This document shows, one piece after another, positions 35,434-45,375 of a stretch of 64,000 nucleotides of DNA. Source of the DNA: an uncultured Bacteroidota bacterium (GTDB taxonomy: Bacteria; Bacteroidota; Bacteroidia; Flavobacteriales; Flavobacteriaceae); contig CABXRK010000003.1 of NCBI GenBank assembly GCA_902514625.1, positions 264 to 64,263 on the forward strand, written 5' to 3'. The notes under the pieces are model-generated. The model was not told where the DNA came from. It saw nothing but the letters and a program-made list of their open reading frames with translations, and did no database searches. Both the position numbers and the translations under genes were made by a program. Every line of letters starts with the position of its first letter. Positions within the stretch are counted from its first letter, which is position 1.

Positions 35434-36143
35434 TTCAACTTACTAAGATACTCTTTAATAACATTTTCTAAGCCAAAATATAATGATTCACAAATCAATG
35501 CATGACCAATTGAAACTTCCAAAAGATTTGGGATATTAGTTGCAAAAAAATCAATATTATCTAAATTAAGATCATGACCTGCATTTAATCCAATCCCATT
35601 TTTTTTGGCATGTGTAGCTGCATTTAAATATGGTGATATTGCTTTCTTTGGATTAAATTTAAACATTTCAGAAAACCTTTGGGTATAAAGTTCAATTCTA
35701 TCAGTTCCTATTTCCAAGGCCGCATCTATCATTCTAAGGTCCGTGTCTAAAAAAATTGATGTTCTAATTCCTTTTTCCTTAAATTGAGAAATTACATCCG
35801 TCAAAAAAGATTTATTTTTAATAGTATCCCATCCAGAATTAGAAGTTATAGCATCTTCAGAATCAGGGACTAAAGTTACCTGAGTAGGGATGATTTTTGA
35901 AACCATTGAAATAAAATTTGATGAAGGAAACCCTTCTATATTATATTCAGTCTTTATGATCTTTTTTAAATCATAAGAATCTTTAAATTTAATATGCCTT
36001 TGATCAGGTCTTGGATGAATTGTAATACCATTAGCTCCGAATTTTTGAACATCAGAAGCTACTTTGATTAAATTAGGCGTATTCTCTCCTCTAGAATTTC
36101 TTAATGTTGCAATTTTATTGATATTTACACTTAATTTTACCAT
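35430..36143 (-). CDS. pdxJ: pyridoxine 5'-phosphate synthase
   Basis: 237 aa. Motifs are LSVNINKIATLRNSRG and LEVSIGHALI. There is a 4-nt overlap with the downstream hydrolase gene. Confidence 0.9.
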   Translation of the reverse strand: MVKLSVNINKIATLRNSRGENTPNLIKVASDVQKFGANGITIHPRPDQRHIKFKDSYDLKKIIKTEYNIEGFPSSNFISMVSKIIPTQVTLVPDSEDAITSNSGWDTIKNKSFLTDVISQFKEKGIRTSIFLDTDLRMIDAALEIGTDRIELYTQRFSEMFKFNPKKAISPYLNAATHAKKNGIGLNAGHDLNLDNIDFFATNIPNLLEVSIGHALICESLYFGLENVIKEYLSKLK

Positions 36144-36268
36144 TTTTTTTACGAAATTACAAACTTATATATTTACATGCAATCTTTTAATTTGATTAAA
36201 TTATTAATCTTTTTGAACCTCTTATATCTACCTAAGTTTTTTGTATTTTTGATATAAATAATATTCAA

Positions 36269-37141
36269 ATGAAGATAGCTTTAATTTGTCCTTTTAATAA
36301 CAAACTATCTATTAGTTATTCTTTAAAAGTAATTAAACATCTCTCCTTTTTAAATGTTGAAATATATATTCATGAAGAATTATTAAAAAACATTAAAATA
36401 TCTAAATTGCCTAAAAAATATTTTAGTTTTAAAAAACTAAATTCAAAAGTAGATTTCCTTTTTTCTATTGGCGGAGATGGATCAATTCTTCAATCAGTGA
36501 CTTTAGTTAAGGACACCAATATTCCAATTTTAGGTATAAATACTGGAAAATTAGGGTTTTTAACTAACCTTCAAAAAGAGTCAATTGAATTAGGCTTAAA
36601 GCAATTACTTGATTCAAAATATTCAATTATAAAAAGAAGTCTACTTGAAGTTAATTCTCCTAATCTAGAAAAAAAATTTTTCAAATTTAATTTTGCTTTA
36701 AATGAAATTAGTGTTAGTAGAAAAAATACAACTTCATTAATAAGTATTTCAACTCATTTAAATAATGTTCATTTAACTACATTCTGGGCAGATGGATTAA
36801 TAATTTCAACACCTACAGGATCAACAGGATATTCTTTAAGTAGTGGTGGTCCGATAATGACTCCTGAAAGTTCAAGTTTTGTTCTTACCCCAATAGCTCC
36901 TCATAATTTGAATATAAGACCCCTTATTATTAATGATAATACTACTATCAAAATTTCAGTTTCTGGACGTGGAGATAAACATTTAATCTCGCTTGACTCA
37001 AGAAATTTCTCTCTCTCTTGCAATACTGAAATAATTCTAAAAAAAGCCCCTTTTACTATTTCAACTGTCCAGCTTTATAATAATTCTTTTTTAAATACAC
37101 TTAGAGAAAAACTTTTTTGGGGTCTTGATACTAGAAACTAA
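36269..37141 (+). CDS. nadK: NAD kinase
   Basis: 290 aa. Motifs are IGGDGSIL and TPTGSTGYSLSSGGPI. Confidence 0.9.
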   Translation: MKIALICPFNNKLSISYSLKVIKHLSFLNVEIYIHEELLKNIKISKLPKKYFSFKKLNSKVDFLFSIGGDGSILQSVTLVKDTNIPILGINTGKLGFLTNLQKESIELGLKQLLDSKYSIIKRSLLEVNSPNLEKKFFKFNFALNEISVSRKNTTSLISISTHLNNVHLTTFWADGLIISTPTGSTGYSLSSGGPIMTPESSSFVLTPIAPHNLNIRPLIINDNTTIKISVSGRGDKHLISLDSRNFSLSCNTEIILKKAPFTISTVQLYNNSFLNTLREKLFWGLDTRN

Positions 37142-37208
37142 ACAATATTTCCGCTAAAAACAAGTTTAAATTGAAGCACATGGCAGTACTGTCACTAAAC
37201 TATTTTTT

Positions 37209-37216
37209 TATATTTG
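37209..37216 (+). promoter_or_regulatory. candidate -7 promoter box TATATTTG
   Basis: It matches TAnnTTTG and ends 15 nt upstream of the ATG at 37232. The TTG start in the ORF track (37214) lies inside this motif and is probably not a real start. Confidence 0.35.
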
Positions 37217-37231
37217 CAGACCCTAATTCAA

Positions 37232-37930
37232 ATGAAAAGTTTAATAGCTTGTATAATTATGATCCTTTCATATAATTTATCAAATTCGCAGATGCATGAA
37301 ATTGGTCTATTTATAGGTGGAAGTAATTTTATCGGTGATCTAGGAAACACTTCATATGTTTCTCCAAATTCTCATTCATTGGGGTTCATTTATAAATGGA
37401 ATGTCACTACAAGATATTCTCTAAGAGCTTCATTTAAAACTGCAAAAATTAAAGGTTTAGACCTGCAAAGTAATGATTCAAATAGATCTAATAGATCTTT
37501 TGGTTTTGAAAATACTATTAGTGAATTTTCATCTGGAATTGAATTTAATTTTTTTGATTTTAATTTACATGATGAACAAGTCTACTTTACTCCATATATT
37601 TATACCGGTATTAATTATTTTAAATACTCACTATTAAAAATGAATTTTGGTTTAAAAAAAGCAGAAGAATATGACCAAGAATTAAATTTTGCTTTACCAA
37701 TTATTTTAGGGATAAAAAGTAATCTAAGTTCTGATGTTGTTTTTGGATTTGAAATTGGTTTTAGATACACATTTAGTGATAATTTAGATTCAAGTAATCC
37801 TATAAAAGATTATGCTCAAGATGACTCTCTGAAATTCGGGAATATAAATAATAATGATTGGTATACTTTTACTGGAATAACTATAAGCTATACCTTTGGA
37901 AGATTACCTTGCTATTGTAAAGAAAAATAA
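37232..37930 (+). CDS. DUF6089-like outer membrane beta-barrel protein
   Basis: The start is taken at the ATG (MKSLIACIIMILS, a signal peptide). The HEIGLFIGGSNFIGDLG block and alternating beta-strand pattern fit the family. The position between nadK and uppS is typical of Flavobacteriia. Confidence 0.6.
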   Translation: MKSLIACIIMILSYNLSNSQMHEIGLFIGGSNFIGDLGNTSYVSPNSHSLGFIYKWNVTTRYSLRASFKTAKIKGLDLQSNDSNRSNRSFGFENTISEFSSGIEFNFFDFNLHDEQVYFTPYIYTGINYFKYSLLKMNFGLKKAEEYDQELNFALPIILGIKSNLSSDVVFGFEIGFRYTFSDNLDSSNPIKDYAQDDSLKFGNINNNDWYTFTGITISYTFGRLPCYCKEK

Positions 37931-38655
37931 TGAAAATTACAAACGAAAATATCCCTAATCATATAGCTGTTATAATGGATGGAAATGGGCGTTGGGCTAA
38001 AAAAAAAGGTGAAAAAAGAATTTTTGGTCATAAAAAAGGAGTTAAAGCTGTTAGAAAATTAGTTGAAGAAGCATCCAAATTAAAAGTTTCATTTCTAACT
38101 TTATACGCTTTCTCTACTGAAAACTGGGACAGACCTGAAAACGAAATTTCTACTTTAATGAATTTAATAGTAATGTCTCTTGACAAAGAATTAAATACGA
38201 TAATAAAAAATAAAATACAATTAAGAACTATTGGAGATATAGATAAGCTTCCACCTGAAGTAAAGAACAAACTATTTGAAACAATTGAAAAAACAAAAAA
38301 AAATAAAAAATTAATTCTTACAATAGCATTGAATTATGGAGGAAAAGAAGAATTAACAAACGCTATAAAAAGGATTTCACACAAAGTTAAAAAAAATGTA
38401 ATTTTGCCCGATCAAGTTAATGAATCAATAATAAATGATCATCTTTATACGCAAAATTTGCCTGATGTAGATTTATTAATCAGAACGAGTGGAGAGCAAC
38501 GTATAAGTAACTTTTTATTATGGAAAATTTCTTATGCTGAACTTTATTTCACTGATGTTTTATGGCCAGAGTTTAACAAAAAAGATTTGCATCAAGCAAT
38601 AATTAATTATCAAAATAGAGAAAGAAGATTTGGAAAAACTAGTGAACAAATTTAA
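37930..38655 (+). CDS. uppS: isoprenyl transferase (undecaprenyl diphosphate synthase)
   Basis: 241 aa. Motifs are HIAVIMDGNGRWAKK, LIRTSGEQRISNFLLW and RRFG. Confidence 0.9.
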   Translation: MKITNENIPNHIAVIMDGNGRWAKKKGEKRIFGHKKGVKAVRKLVEEASKLKVSFLTLYAFSTENWDRPENEISTLMNLIVMSLDKELNTIIKNKIQLRTIGDIDKLPPEVKNKLFETIEKTKKNKKLILTIALNYGGKEELTNAIKRISHKVKKNVILPDQVNESIINDHLYTQNLPDVDLLIRTSGEQRISNFLLWKISYAELYFTDVLWPEFNKKDLHQAIINYQNRERRFGKTSEQI

Positions 38656-41203
38656 TATATATAAAAAGTTAGTCCTAATAATACTTACTGTAACTTTAGG
38701 TTTACTTTTCCCTGTTAATATTAGAGCTCAAGTAAAAGATTACGTCTCAGGTAAACAATATATAATAGATTCTATTTCCGTAAAAGGTTTAAAAAATTTT
38801 AGTGATCAAACAGTTATTTCCTATAGTGGTTTAAGAAAGGGACAAAAACTTTTTCTTCCTGGTGAAGAAACTGGTACAATACTTAAAAAATTATGGTCTT
38901 TAGATCTTTTTAGTGATATAAACTTTTATGCTACTAAAGTTATTGGAGATAAAATTTCAATAGAAATAGAAATAACAGAATTACCGACATTGTCATCAGT
39001 TACAATTAAAGGAATAAAAAAAGGTAAAATTGACAAAATAAAAGACGATACAGAATTAACTGCTGGGAAAAAATTGTCTGAAAGCTTTCTAACAAATACG
39101 AAAAATTATTTAATCAATAAATATAAAAAAGAAGGGTTTTTAAATACAAAAGTTTTCCTAAACACTAAACCTGATTCAATTGGATCAAACAACTTATCAT
39201 TATTAATTAATATAGATAAAGGTGATAGAATAAAAATAAATTCAATTGAATTTAATGGTAATGAAAAACTAAAATCCAGTAAATTAAGGAAAAAATTAAA
39301 AAAAACTAAAAAGAAAAATTTAATTAGATTTTGGAAAAAATCTAAATTTATAAGTGAAAATTATAATGAAGATTTAGAGAAAGTGATTGATTATTTTAAA
39401 GAAAAAGGTTATAGAGATGCTCGTATTCTATATGATTCGATAATAAAAAATAAAAATAATACTCTAGATATAAAAATTACATTAGAGGAAGGAAATCAAT
39501 ATAGATTTGGTGAAATAAAATTCATTGGAAATGCTGCATATAATAATTCTCAACTTAAAAGAGTTTTAGGCATAAATAAAGGTGATGTTTATAATGGTGT
39601 TCTTCTAAAAAAACGTATTGCCGATGAAACTAAACCTGATGGTCAAGACATCACTAATTTATATCAAAATAATGGGTATTTATTTTCAAACATAAATGCT
39701 GTAGAAGTTAGTGCTGACAATGATACAATTGATTTTGAAATAAGAGTTACCGAAGGGAAATTAGCAAACTTTAATAAAATTTCAATCACAGGAAATCAAA
39801 GAACTAACGACCATGTTATTTATAGAGAACTTAGAACTAAACCCGGAGAACTTTATAGCAAAGATAAAGTTGTTCGTACTGTTCGAGAACTTGGCCAATT
39901 AGGTTTTTTTGACGCAGAAAACATTAGTCCAGACTTCAAAAATGTTGATCCTAATGCTGGAACTGTAGATATTGAATTCGGTTTGGAAGAAACTAGTGGA
40001 AGTCAAATAGAATTGCAAGGAGGTTATGGTGGAGGTGGATTCATAGGCACATTAGGATTATCTTTTGGTAATTTTTCAATGAAAAATATTTTTAATAAAG
40101 AAGCTTATAAACCTATACCAAGTGGTGATGGTCAATCACTTAGCTTAAGACTTCAAGGAACACAATTTTATAGCACCTATAGTTTTTCTTTTGCCGAACC
40201 ATGGCTAGGAGGGAGACAACCCGTTCAGTTTTCTACATCATTATCTAAAACTAAACAATACCGATATAATTATTTCACTGGAAGATCGGATAAAAGCCAA
40301 TTTTTTGAAATAAGTAGTATTTCAATTGGACTTGCTAAACGCCTCAGAGCTCCAGATGACTATTTCACTTTGTCTCAGGCTTTATCTTATCAATATTATA
40401 ATCTGAATAATTATTATACTGGATTATTTACATTTGGTGATGGTAAATCTAATAATTTGTCATATACTATATCTCTGAGTAGAAACAACACCTACACTAA
40501 TCCTGTTTTCCCTGTGGGAGGTTCAAATTTTATTATTAGTGGTAAATTTACACCTCCTTTCTCTTTAATTTCTGGAATTGACTTCGCTAATCTTGGAGAT
40601 GATAAAGAATTTCAAAGAATTGTTAATGGTACACCAACACCTGATATAGCAAAAATAGACCAAGAAAAATTTAAATGGTTAGAATTTTACAAGATTAAAT
40701 TTAGTGGAGAATGGTATACAAGTTTAGTGGATAAATTAGTATTAAAAACCAAAGCAGACTTTGGGTTTTTAGGAGCTTACAATCAAGATAGAGGAAATAT
40801 TCCTTTTGAACGTTTTTTTGTAGGAGGGGATGGTATGATGAATTATTCTTTAGATGGAAGGGAAAATATTCAAATGAGAGGATATGAAAATCAATCATTA
40901 TCAAGTCTTGATGGCTCAATTATATATAATAAATTCACATTAGAATTAAGATATCCTATTTCTCTTAAACCCAGTGCCTCCATATATGCTCTGAGTTTTC
41001 TTGAATCAGGAAATGGATATGATAGTTTCAGAGACTTTAATCCATTTAATTCTAAAAGATCTGGAGGTTTTGGTGTTAGAATATTTATGCCTGCTTTTGG
41101 ATTACTTGGAATTGATTTTGGTTATGGATTTGACAATCCTAATGATTTACTTTCAACTCCAAATGGATGGGAAACACACTTTATAATAGGTCAACAATTT
41201 TAA
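38630..41203 (+). CDS. bamA: outer membrane protein assembly factor BamA
   Basis: 857 aa with a signal peptide. It has POTRA-like repeats and a C-terminal Omp85 barrel (FFVGGDGMMN..RGY, ending in ...IIGQQF). The track start is a TTG overlapping uppS. An in-frame GTG at 38642 is an alternative start. Confidence 0.9.
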   Translation: MEKLVNKFNIYKKLVLIILTVTLGLLFPVNIRAQVKDYVSGKQYIIDSISVKGLKNFSDQTVISYSGLRKGQKLFLPGEETGTILKKLWSLDLFSDINFYATKVIGDKISIEIEITELPTLSSVTIKGIKKGKIDKIKDDTELTAGKKLSESFLTNTKNYLINKYKKEGFLNTKVFLNTKPDSIGSNNLSLLINIDKGDRIKINSIEFNGNEKLKSSKLRKKLKKTKKKNLIRFWKKSKFISENYNEDLEKVIDYFKEKGYRDARILYDSIIKNKNNTLDIKITLEEGNQYRFGEIKFIGNAAYNNSQLKRVLGINKGDVYNGVLLKKRIADETKPDGQDITNLYQNNGYLFSNINAVEVSADNDTIDFEIRVTEGKLANFNKISITGNQRTNDHVIYRELRTKPGELYSKDKVVRTVRELGQLGFFDAENISPDFKNVDPNAGTVDIEFGLEETSGSQIELQGGYGGGGFIGTLGLSFGNFSMKNIFNKEAYKPIPSGDGQSLSLRLQGTQFYSTYSFSFAEPWLGGRQPVQFSTSLSKTKQYRYNYFTGRSDKSQFFEISSISIGLAKRLRAPDDYFTLSQALSYQYYNLNNYYTGLFTFGDGKSNNLSYTISLSRNNTYTNPVFPVGGSNFIISGKFTPPFSLISGIDFANLGDDKEFQRIVNGTPTPDIAKIDQEKFKWLEFYKIKFSGEWYTSLVDKLVLKTKADFGFLGAYNQDRGNIPFERFFVGGDGMMNYSLDGRENIQMRGYENQSLSSLDGSIIYNKFTLELRYPISLKPSASIYALSFLESGNGYDSFRDFNPFNSKRSGGFGVRIFMPAFGLLGIDFGYGFDNPNDLLSTPNGWETHFIIGQQF

Positions 41204-41211
41204 AAATAGAT

Positions 41212-41808
41212 ATGATAAATAAACTAACCCTAATAATATTTTTTTCTTTTTCCCATTTATTTTTTGGGCAAAAAGGCGCTAGAATTGGTTATATTGATAT
41301 GAATATGATATTAGAAAATATTGATGAATATAAAATTGCAAAAAAACTTATTGATAAAAAAATTGTGGTTTGGAAAAAAGAAATTGAATTGCAAAAAATT
41401 CAATTAAAAAAATTTCAAGATGAACTAAATGCTGAAAAAATTCTTCTTACTCCTGAGCTTATTTCTGACAGAAGTATTGAAATTAATGATTTTGCCTTAG
41501 GAATAATTAATCTTCAAGAAAAACGTTTTGGCCCCTCAGGAGATCTAATAAATCAAAGATTAAGTCTTATAAAACCTATACAAGATCAGGTGATGACTTT
41601 AGTTCGTGAAATAGCTATAGAAAGAAAATATGATTTTATTTTTGACAGATCTTCTGATCTAATTATGCTATATTCCACAAAAAATTACGATATTAGCCAA
41701 CTAGTTTTAAGAAAAATTAACATTCAGGAAAGAACTAAGGAAAAAAAGAAACAAATTGAAGAAAGAAAAAAACTTATTCAAGAAAGAAATAAAAAGAAAA
41801 ATAATTAA
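41212..41808 (+). CDS. OmpH/Skp family periplasmic chaperone
   Basis: The start is taken at MINKLTLIIFFSF (a signal peptide) rather than the track ATG at 41167, which overlaps bamA. It is coiled-coil rich and sits directly after bamA. Confidence 0.75.
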   Translation: MINKLTLIIFFSFSHLFFGQKGARIGYIDMNMILENIDEYKIAKKLIDKKIVVWKKEIELQKIQLKKFQDELNAEKILLTPELISDRSIEINDFALGIINLQEKRFGPSGDLINQRLSLIKPIQDQVMTLVREIAIERKYDFIFDRSSDLIMLYSTKNYDISQLVLRKINIQERTKEKKKQIEERKKLIQERNKKKNN

Positions 41809-41826
41809 GTTAAAATACTATCTATC

Positions 41827-42333
41827 ATGAAATTAAAATCAATTTTTTTAATAGCACTTATAATGTTACTTCCATTGGGTGTAGCAGTTGCTCAATCAAA
41901 AGTTGCTCATATTGACACTCAAAAACTTATTAGTGAAATGCCCGAAGTAATTGCCAAACAAAAAGAACTTGCTCAATTAGAAAAAACTTATAGTACTGAG
42001 ATAGAAAACACCTATAAAGAATTTCAAACTAAAGCTCAGTCTTATGCTGCAGAAGCTGAAAATCAAACTGAAGTAACAAATCAAGCTAGACAAAAAGAAT
42101 TAGAAACTATGCAACAAAATATTCAATCTTATAGACAAACTGCTTCTGAAGATCTTCAAAAAAAACAAGTAGAAATGATGAAACCACTATATGAGAAAGC
42201 AAAAAATGCAATCGAAAAAATTGCTAAAGCGCAGGGATATGATTACGTTTTAGATTCAAGTGCTGGAGGTAGTGTGATTATGGCTGAAGGTAAAGATTTA
42301 ATGGCTGAAGTTAAAAGTGAATTAGGTTTCTAA
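41827..42333 (+). CDS. OmpH/Skp family periplasmic chaperone
   Basis: 168 aa with a signal peptide. SKVAHIDTQKLISEMPE and the C-terminal GYDYVLDSS block are typical of OmpH. Confidence 0.8.
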   Translation: MKLKSIFLIALIMLLPLGVAVAQSKVAHIDTQKLISEMPEVIAKQKELAQLEKTYSTEIENTYKEFQTKAQSYAAEAENQTEVTNQARQKELETMQQNIQSYRQTASEDLQKKQVEMMKPLYEKAKNAIEKIAKAQGYDYVLDSSAGGSVIMAEGKDLMAEVKSELGF

Positions 42334-42364
42334 CTTTTTATTCATGAATTATTTTTAAATTAAG

Positions 42365-42394
42365 CTGTCTTTTTATTTAAAGGCAGTTTTTTTT
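42365..42394 (+). terminator. intrinsic terminator after the bamA-ompH-ompH unit
   Basis: The stem CTGTCTTT / AAAGGCAG (one G-U pair) has a 6-nt loop and is followed by T8, ending just before the murI ATG. Confidence 0.55.
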
Positions 42395-42396
42395 AT

Positions 42397-43185
42397 ATGA
42401 AAAAAGATAAAACTTCACCCATAGGAATGTTTGATTCGGGAATCGGTGGTCTTTCATTGTATAAACCGATAAAAAGATTACTCCCACAAGAAAAGATAAT
42501 CTATATTTCGGATAATCTTTATTCTCCATATGGCAAATTGACTTCTGAAGAAATTAAAAAAAGAAGTTTTAAAATTGTAAATCAACTTATCTCTTTAAAT
42601 TGTAAATTAATAGTGGTTGCATGTAATACAGCAACAACTAATTCAATTACAGAATTAAGAAAAAAATTTGAAATACCCTTTATTGGAATTGAACCTGGAA
42701 TTAAAACAGCTGCATTAAAAAGCTCATCTGGAGTTGTTGGAATATTAGCTACAAAAAGGACTTTAACAAGTAAATTATTTTACAAAACATCAAACCTTTA
42801 CGCTTCTCATATAAAAATAATAGAAAAAGATGGATCTGATCTTGTTGAATTAATTGAAAAAAATAAAATTTATGAATCTAATACGATAAAATTATTGAAA
42901 AACTATTTAAAACCTATGATCAAAAATAAAGCTGATGTTTTGGTCCTAGGATGTACACATTTCCAATTTTTAAAGCCAATTATAAAGCCAATTATAAAAA
43001 ATAAAATGAAAATTTATAAAATTAATACTGCTATTGCAAAGCAAACTAAATCCATATTAATAAATAAAAACATTTTAAATTTAATATCCAAAAAAAACAA
43101 AAATGATCAATTTTATTATACTGGATCAAATGAAGGTTTAATCTCTTATTTAAAGAATCCAAAAACAAAAAAAATTACAATTTAA
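42397..43185 (+). CDS. murI: glutamate racemase
   Basis: 262 aa. Motifs are IGMFDSGIGGLS, VVACNTAT and LGCTHF. Confidence 0.9.
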   Translation: MKKDKTSPIGMFDSGIGGLSLYKPIKRLLPQEKIIYISDNLYSPYGKLTSEEIKKRSFKIVNQLISLNCKLIVVACNTATTNSITELRKKFEIPFIGIEPGIKTAALKSSSGVVGILATKRTLTSKLFYKTSNLYASHIKIIEKDGSDLVELIEKNKIYESNTIKLLKNYLKPMIKNKADVLVLGCTHFQFLKPIIKPIIKNKMKIYKINTAIAKQTKSILINKNILNLISKKNKNDQFYYTGSNEGLISYLKNPKTKKITI

Positions 43186-43186
43186 A

Positions 43187-43696
43187 TCATTTAAACCATT
43201 TCGAATATTCTAAATAATTTTTTGCAATTCGTTTAATTTCTCCTTCTTTTAATTCTTTACTGACATCTTTTATTTTTCTAGCTGGAACTCCAGCATAAAC
43301 TGATCCAGATGTGATATGGGAATTTTTTGTAATAACACTTCCTGCTGCAATTATAGTATTAGATTCTACTATAGCATCATCCATTATTATACTTCCCATC
43401 CCAACAAGAATATTATCTTTTAGAGTACAGCCATGGACAATAGCGTTATGACCTATTGAAACATCATTGCCAATTTTTGTTGAAGATTTTAAATACGTGC
43501 CATGAATTATTGCTCCATCCTGAACATTTACTCTATTTCCTATTCTTATACTATTTACATCACCTCTTACAACGGCAGAAAACCATACAGAACAATTACT
43601 CCCAAAAATAACATCTCCAATTATAGAAGAATTTTCTGCAAAAAAACAATTGTTTCCCCATTTTGGAGTAAACCCTCTAACAGTTTTAATAAGCAT
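43187..43696 (-). CDS. gamma-class carbonic anhydrase family (hexapeptide-repeat) protein
   Basis: 169 aa. It has left-handed beta-helix repeats and the motif VRGDVNSIRIGNRVNVQDGAIIHG. Confidence 0.85.
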   Translation of the reverse strand: MLIKTVRGFTPKWGNNCFFAENSSIIGDVIFGSNCSVWFSAVVRGDVNSIRIGNRVNVQDGAIIHGTYLKSSTKIGNDVSIGHNAIVHGCTLKDNILVGMGSIIMDDAIVESNTIIAAGSVITKNSHITSGSVYAGVPARKIKDVSKELKEGEIKRIAKNYLEYSKWFK

Positions 43697-43789
43697 ACCT
43701 CAATTATAAAGAAGATAAATATAACCTAAAATGTGAAAAAAAATAAAATTCACTTTCATCTTTTCATTATTTTTACAAAAAAAAAAAAA

Positions 43790-44686
43790 ATGAAAGCTTA
43801 TTCCGTTAATTATTTAATTGATGAAAATAATTTATTTGCAAGATTTATTTTTACTCCTAAGCTAAAAAAATTTAAATCTAAAAATTATTCTTCTATTGAT
43901 GACGCTAAAGATTCTCCTCTAGTTCAACAAATGTTTTACCTCCCTTTTGTAAAATCTGTGAAATTAACCCCTGAATATTTGATTTTAGAACGTTTTGATA
44001 TACTCAAATGGGAAGATGTAATTGAGGAAGTATCGATAGAACTTCAAAAATTCCTTAATGAAGGTGGAAAAATTTTAGATACAATTCATTCAGACGATAA
44101 ATCTCCCATTACAATTTATGCTGAAAGCACTCCAAATCCAGATGTAATGAAATTTGTTTCTAATAAAATTCTTGTTAATAATATTTATGAATTTAAAAAT
44201 ATAGAATCTTCCAATAATGTTCCTCTAATTAAGGAATTATTCAATTTTCCTTATGTTAAAGAGGTTTTTATTAATGAAAATTATATCTCTATTGCAAAAA
44301 AAGAAAACACTAAATGGGAAGATTCAGTTATGGAAATAAGAGAGTTTATTAGGGATTATTTACAAAAAAATAATCTGATAATAGATTTAAAGCCCTCGAA
44401 AACTAATGAGAAATTAACATCAATTAAAAAAGTTGAATCTTTAGATGACATATCGAAAAAAATAATTAAAATAATTGATGATTATATAAAACCAGCTGTT
44501 GCTTCTGATGGTGGAAATATACTTTTTGAATCATATCAAAAAGAAAAAAAATTAGTAAATGTTATTCTTCAAGGCGCATGTAGTGGATGTCCTTCATCAA
44601 CTTTTACTTTAAAAAATGGAATAGAAAACATGCTTAAAGAGATGCTTCCTGGAAAAATTAATTCAGTTAACGCCATTAATGGCTAG
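43790..44686 (+). CDS. NifU/Nfu family iron-sulfur cluster protein (Nfu_N repeats + C-terminal NifU domain)
   Basis: The start is taken at the ATG after an A13 tract (MKAYSVNY). The C-terminal block is ASDGGNILFESY...VILQGACSGCPSS, with a CxxC motif. Confidence 0.8.
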   Translation: MKAYSVNYLIDENNLFARFIFTPKLKKFKSKNYSSIDDAKDSPLVQQMFYLPFVKSVKLTPEYLILERFDILKWEDVIEEVSIELQKFLNEGGKILDTIHSDDKSPITIYAESTPNPDVMKFVSNKILVNNIYEFKNIESSNNVPLIKELFNFPYVKEVFINENYISIAKKENTKWEDSVMEIREFIRDYLQKNNLIIDLKPSKTNEKLTSIKKVESLDDISKKIIKIIDDYIKPAVASDGGNILFESYQKEKKLVNVILQGACSGCPSSTFTLKNGIENMLKEMLPGKINSVNAING

Positions 44687-44687
44687 C

Positions 44688-45362
44688 TTATTTTTTAAAA
44701 TTAGTGTGAAAATCTTTGAGATAAAATGGTTCAAAATAAGCAATATCTTGATAGTTTTTGTTTTTATATAATAATTCGGATATTTCAATCATGTTCTTAG
44801 AAGATGGATAAATATTTTTTCTAGGATACTTTATTTTATTATAATCAAGAATAGATTTACATTTTTTTGCGCCAGTCCCTAAAATAACTATTTCTATATT
44901 TGAATAATATTCAGAAAATGAGTTTGGTTTTAATATCTCAGCTTTTGTTTCTCTTAAAATTTCATACTCATTATTTAAAACCATTGAGTATACTTCCATC
45001 CTTCTAGCATCTATAAGTGGGATAATAATTGATTTATTTTTTGTTTTATAACCTGCTGCAAGAATTTGAAGGGTATTAATTGCAATTAAAGGAATGTCAC
45101 ATGAATAACAAAAACCTTTAGCTGAAGCAGTGCCAATTCTAAGCCCTGTGAATGATCCTGGTCCTTTACTTATAGAAACAGCGTCAAGATTTGATATGCT
45201 TATTTCACAATCAACTAATAATTTATCTATAAACTTGTGTAAATAATCACTTTGTTTAAAATCAGATTGATTTTTTTCAATACAATGAATCAAATTACCA
45301 TCTCGAGAAAGACTTACTGAACAATTTGTAGTTGAAGACTCAATATTTAAAATTAAACCCAT
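44688..45362 (-). CDS. tsaB: tRNA threonylcarbamoyladenosine biosynthesis protein TsaB
   Basis: 224 aa. Motifs are ILNIESSTTNCSVSL and SKGPGSFTGLRIG. Confidence 0.85.
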   Translation of the reverse strand: MGLILNIESSTTNCSVSLSRDGNLIHCIEKNQSDFKQSDYLHKFIDKLLVDCEISISNLDAVSISKGPGSFTGLRIGTASAKGFCYSCDIPLIAINTLQILAAGYKTKNKSIIIPLIDARRMEVYSMVLNNEYEILRETKAEILKPNSFSEYYSNIEIVILGTGAKKCKSILDYNKIKYPRKNIYPSSKNMIEISELLYKNKNYQDIAYFEPFYLKDFHTNFKK

Positions 45363-45375
45363 TTTTTAATTTTAA

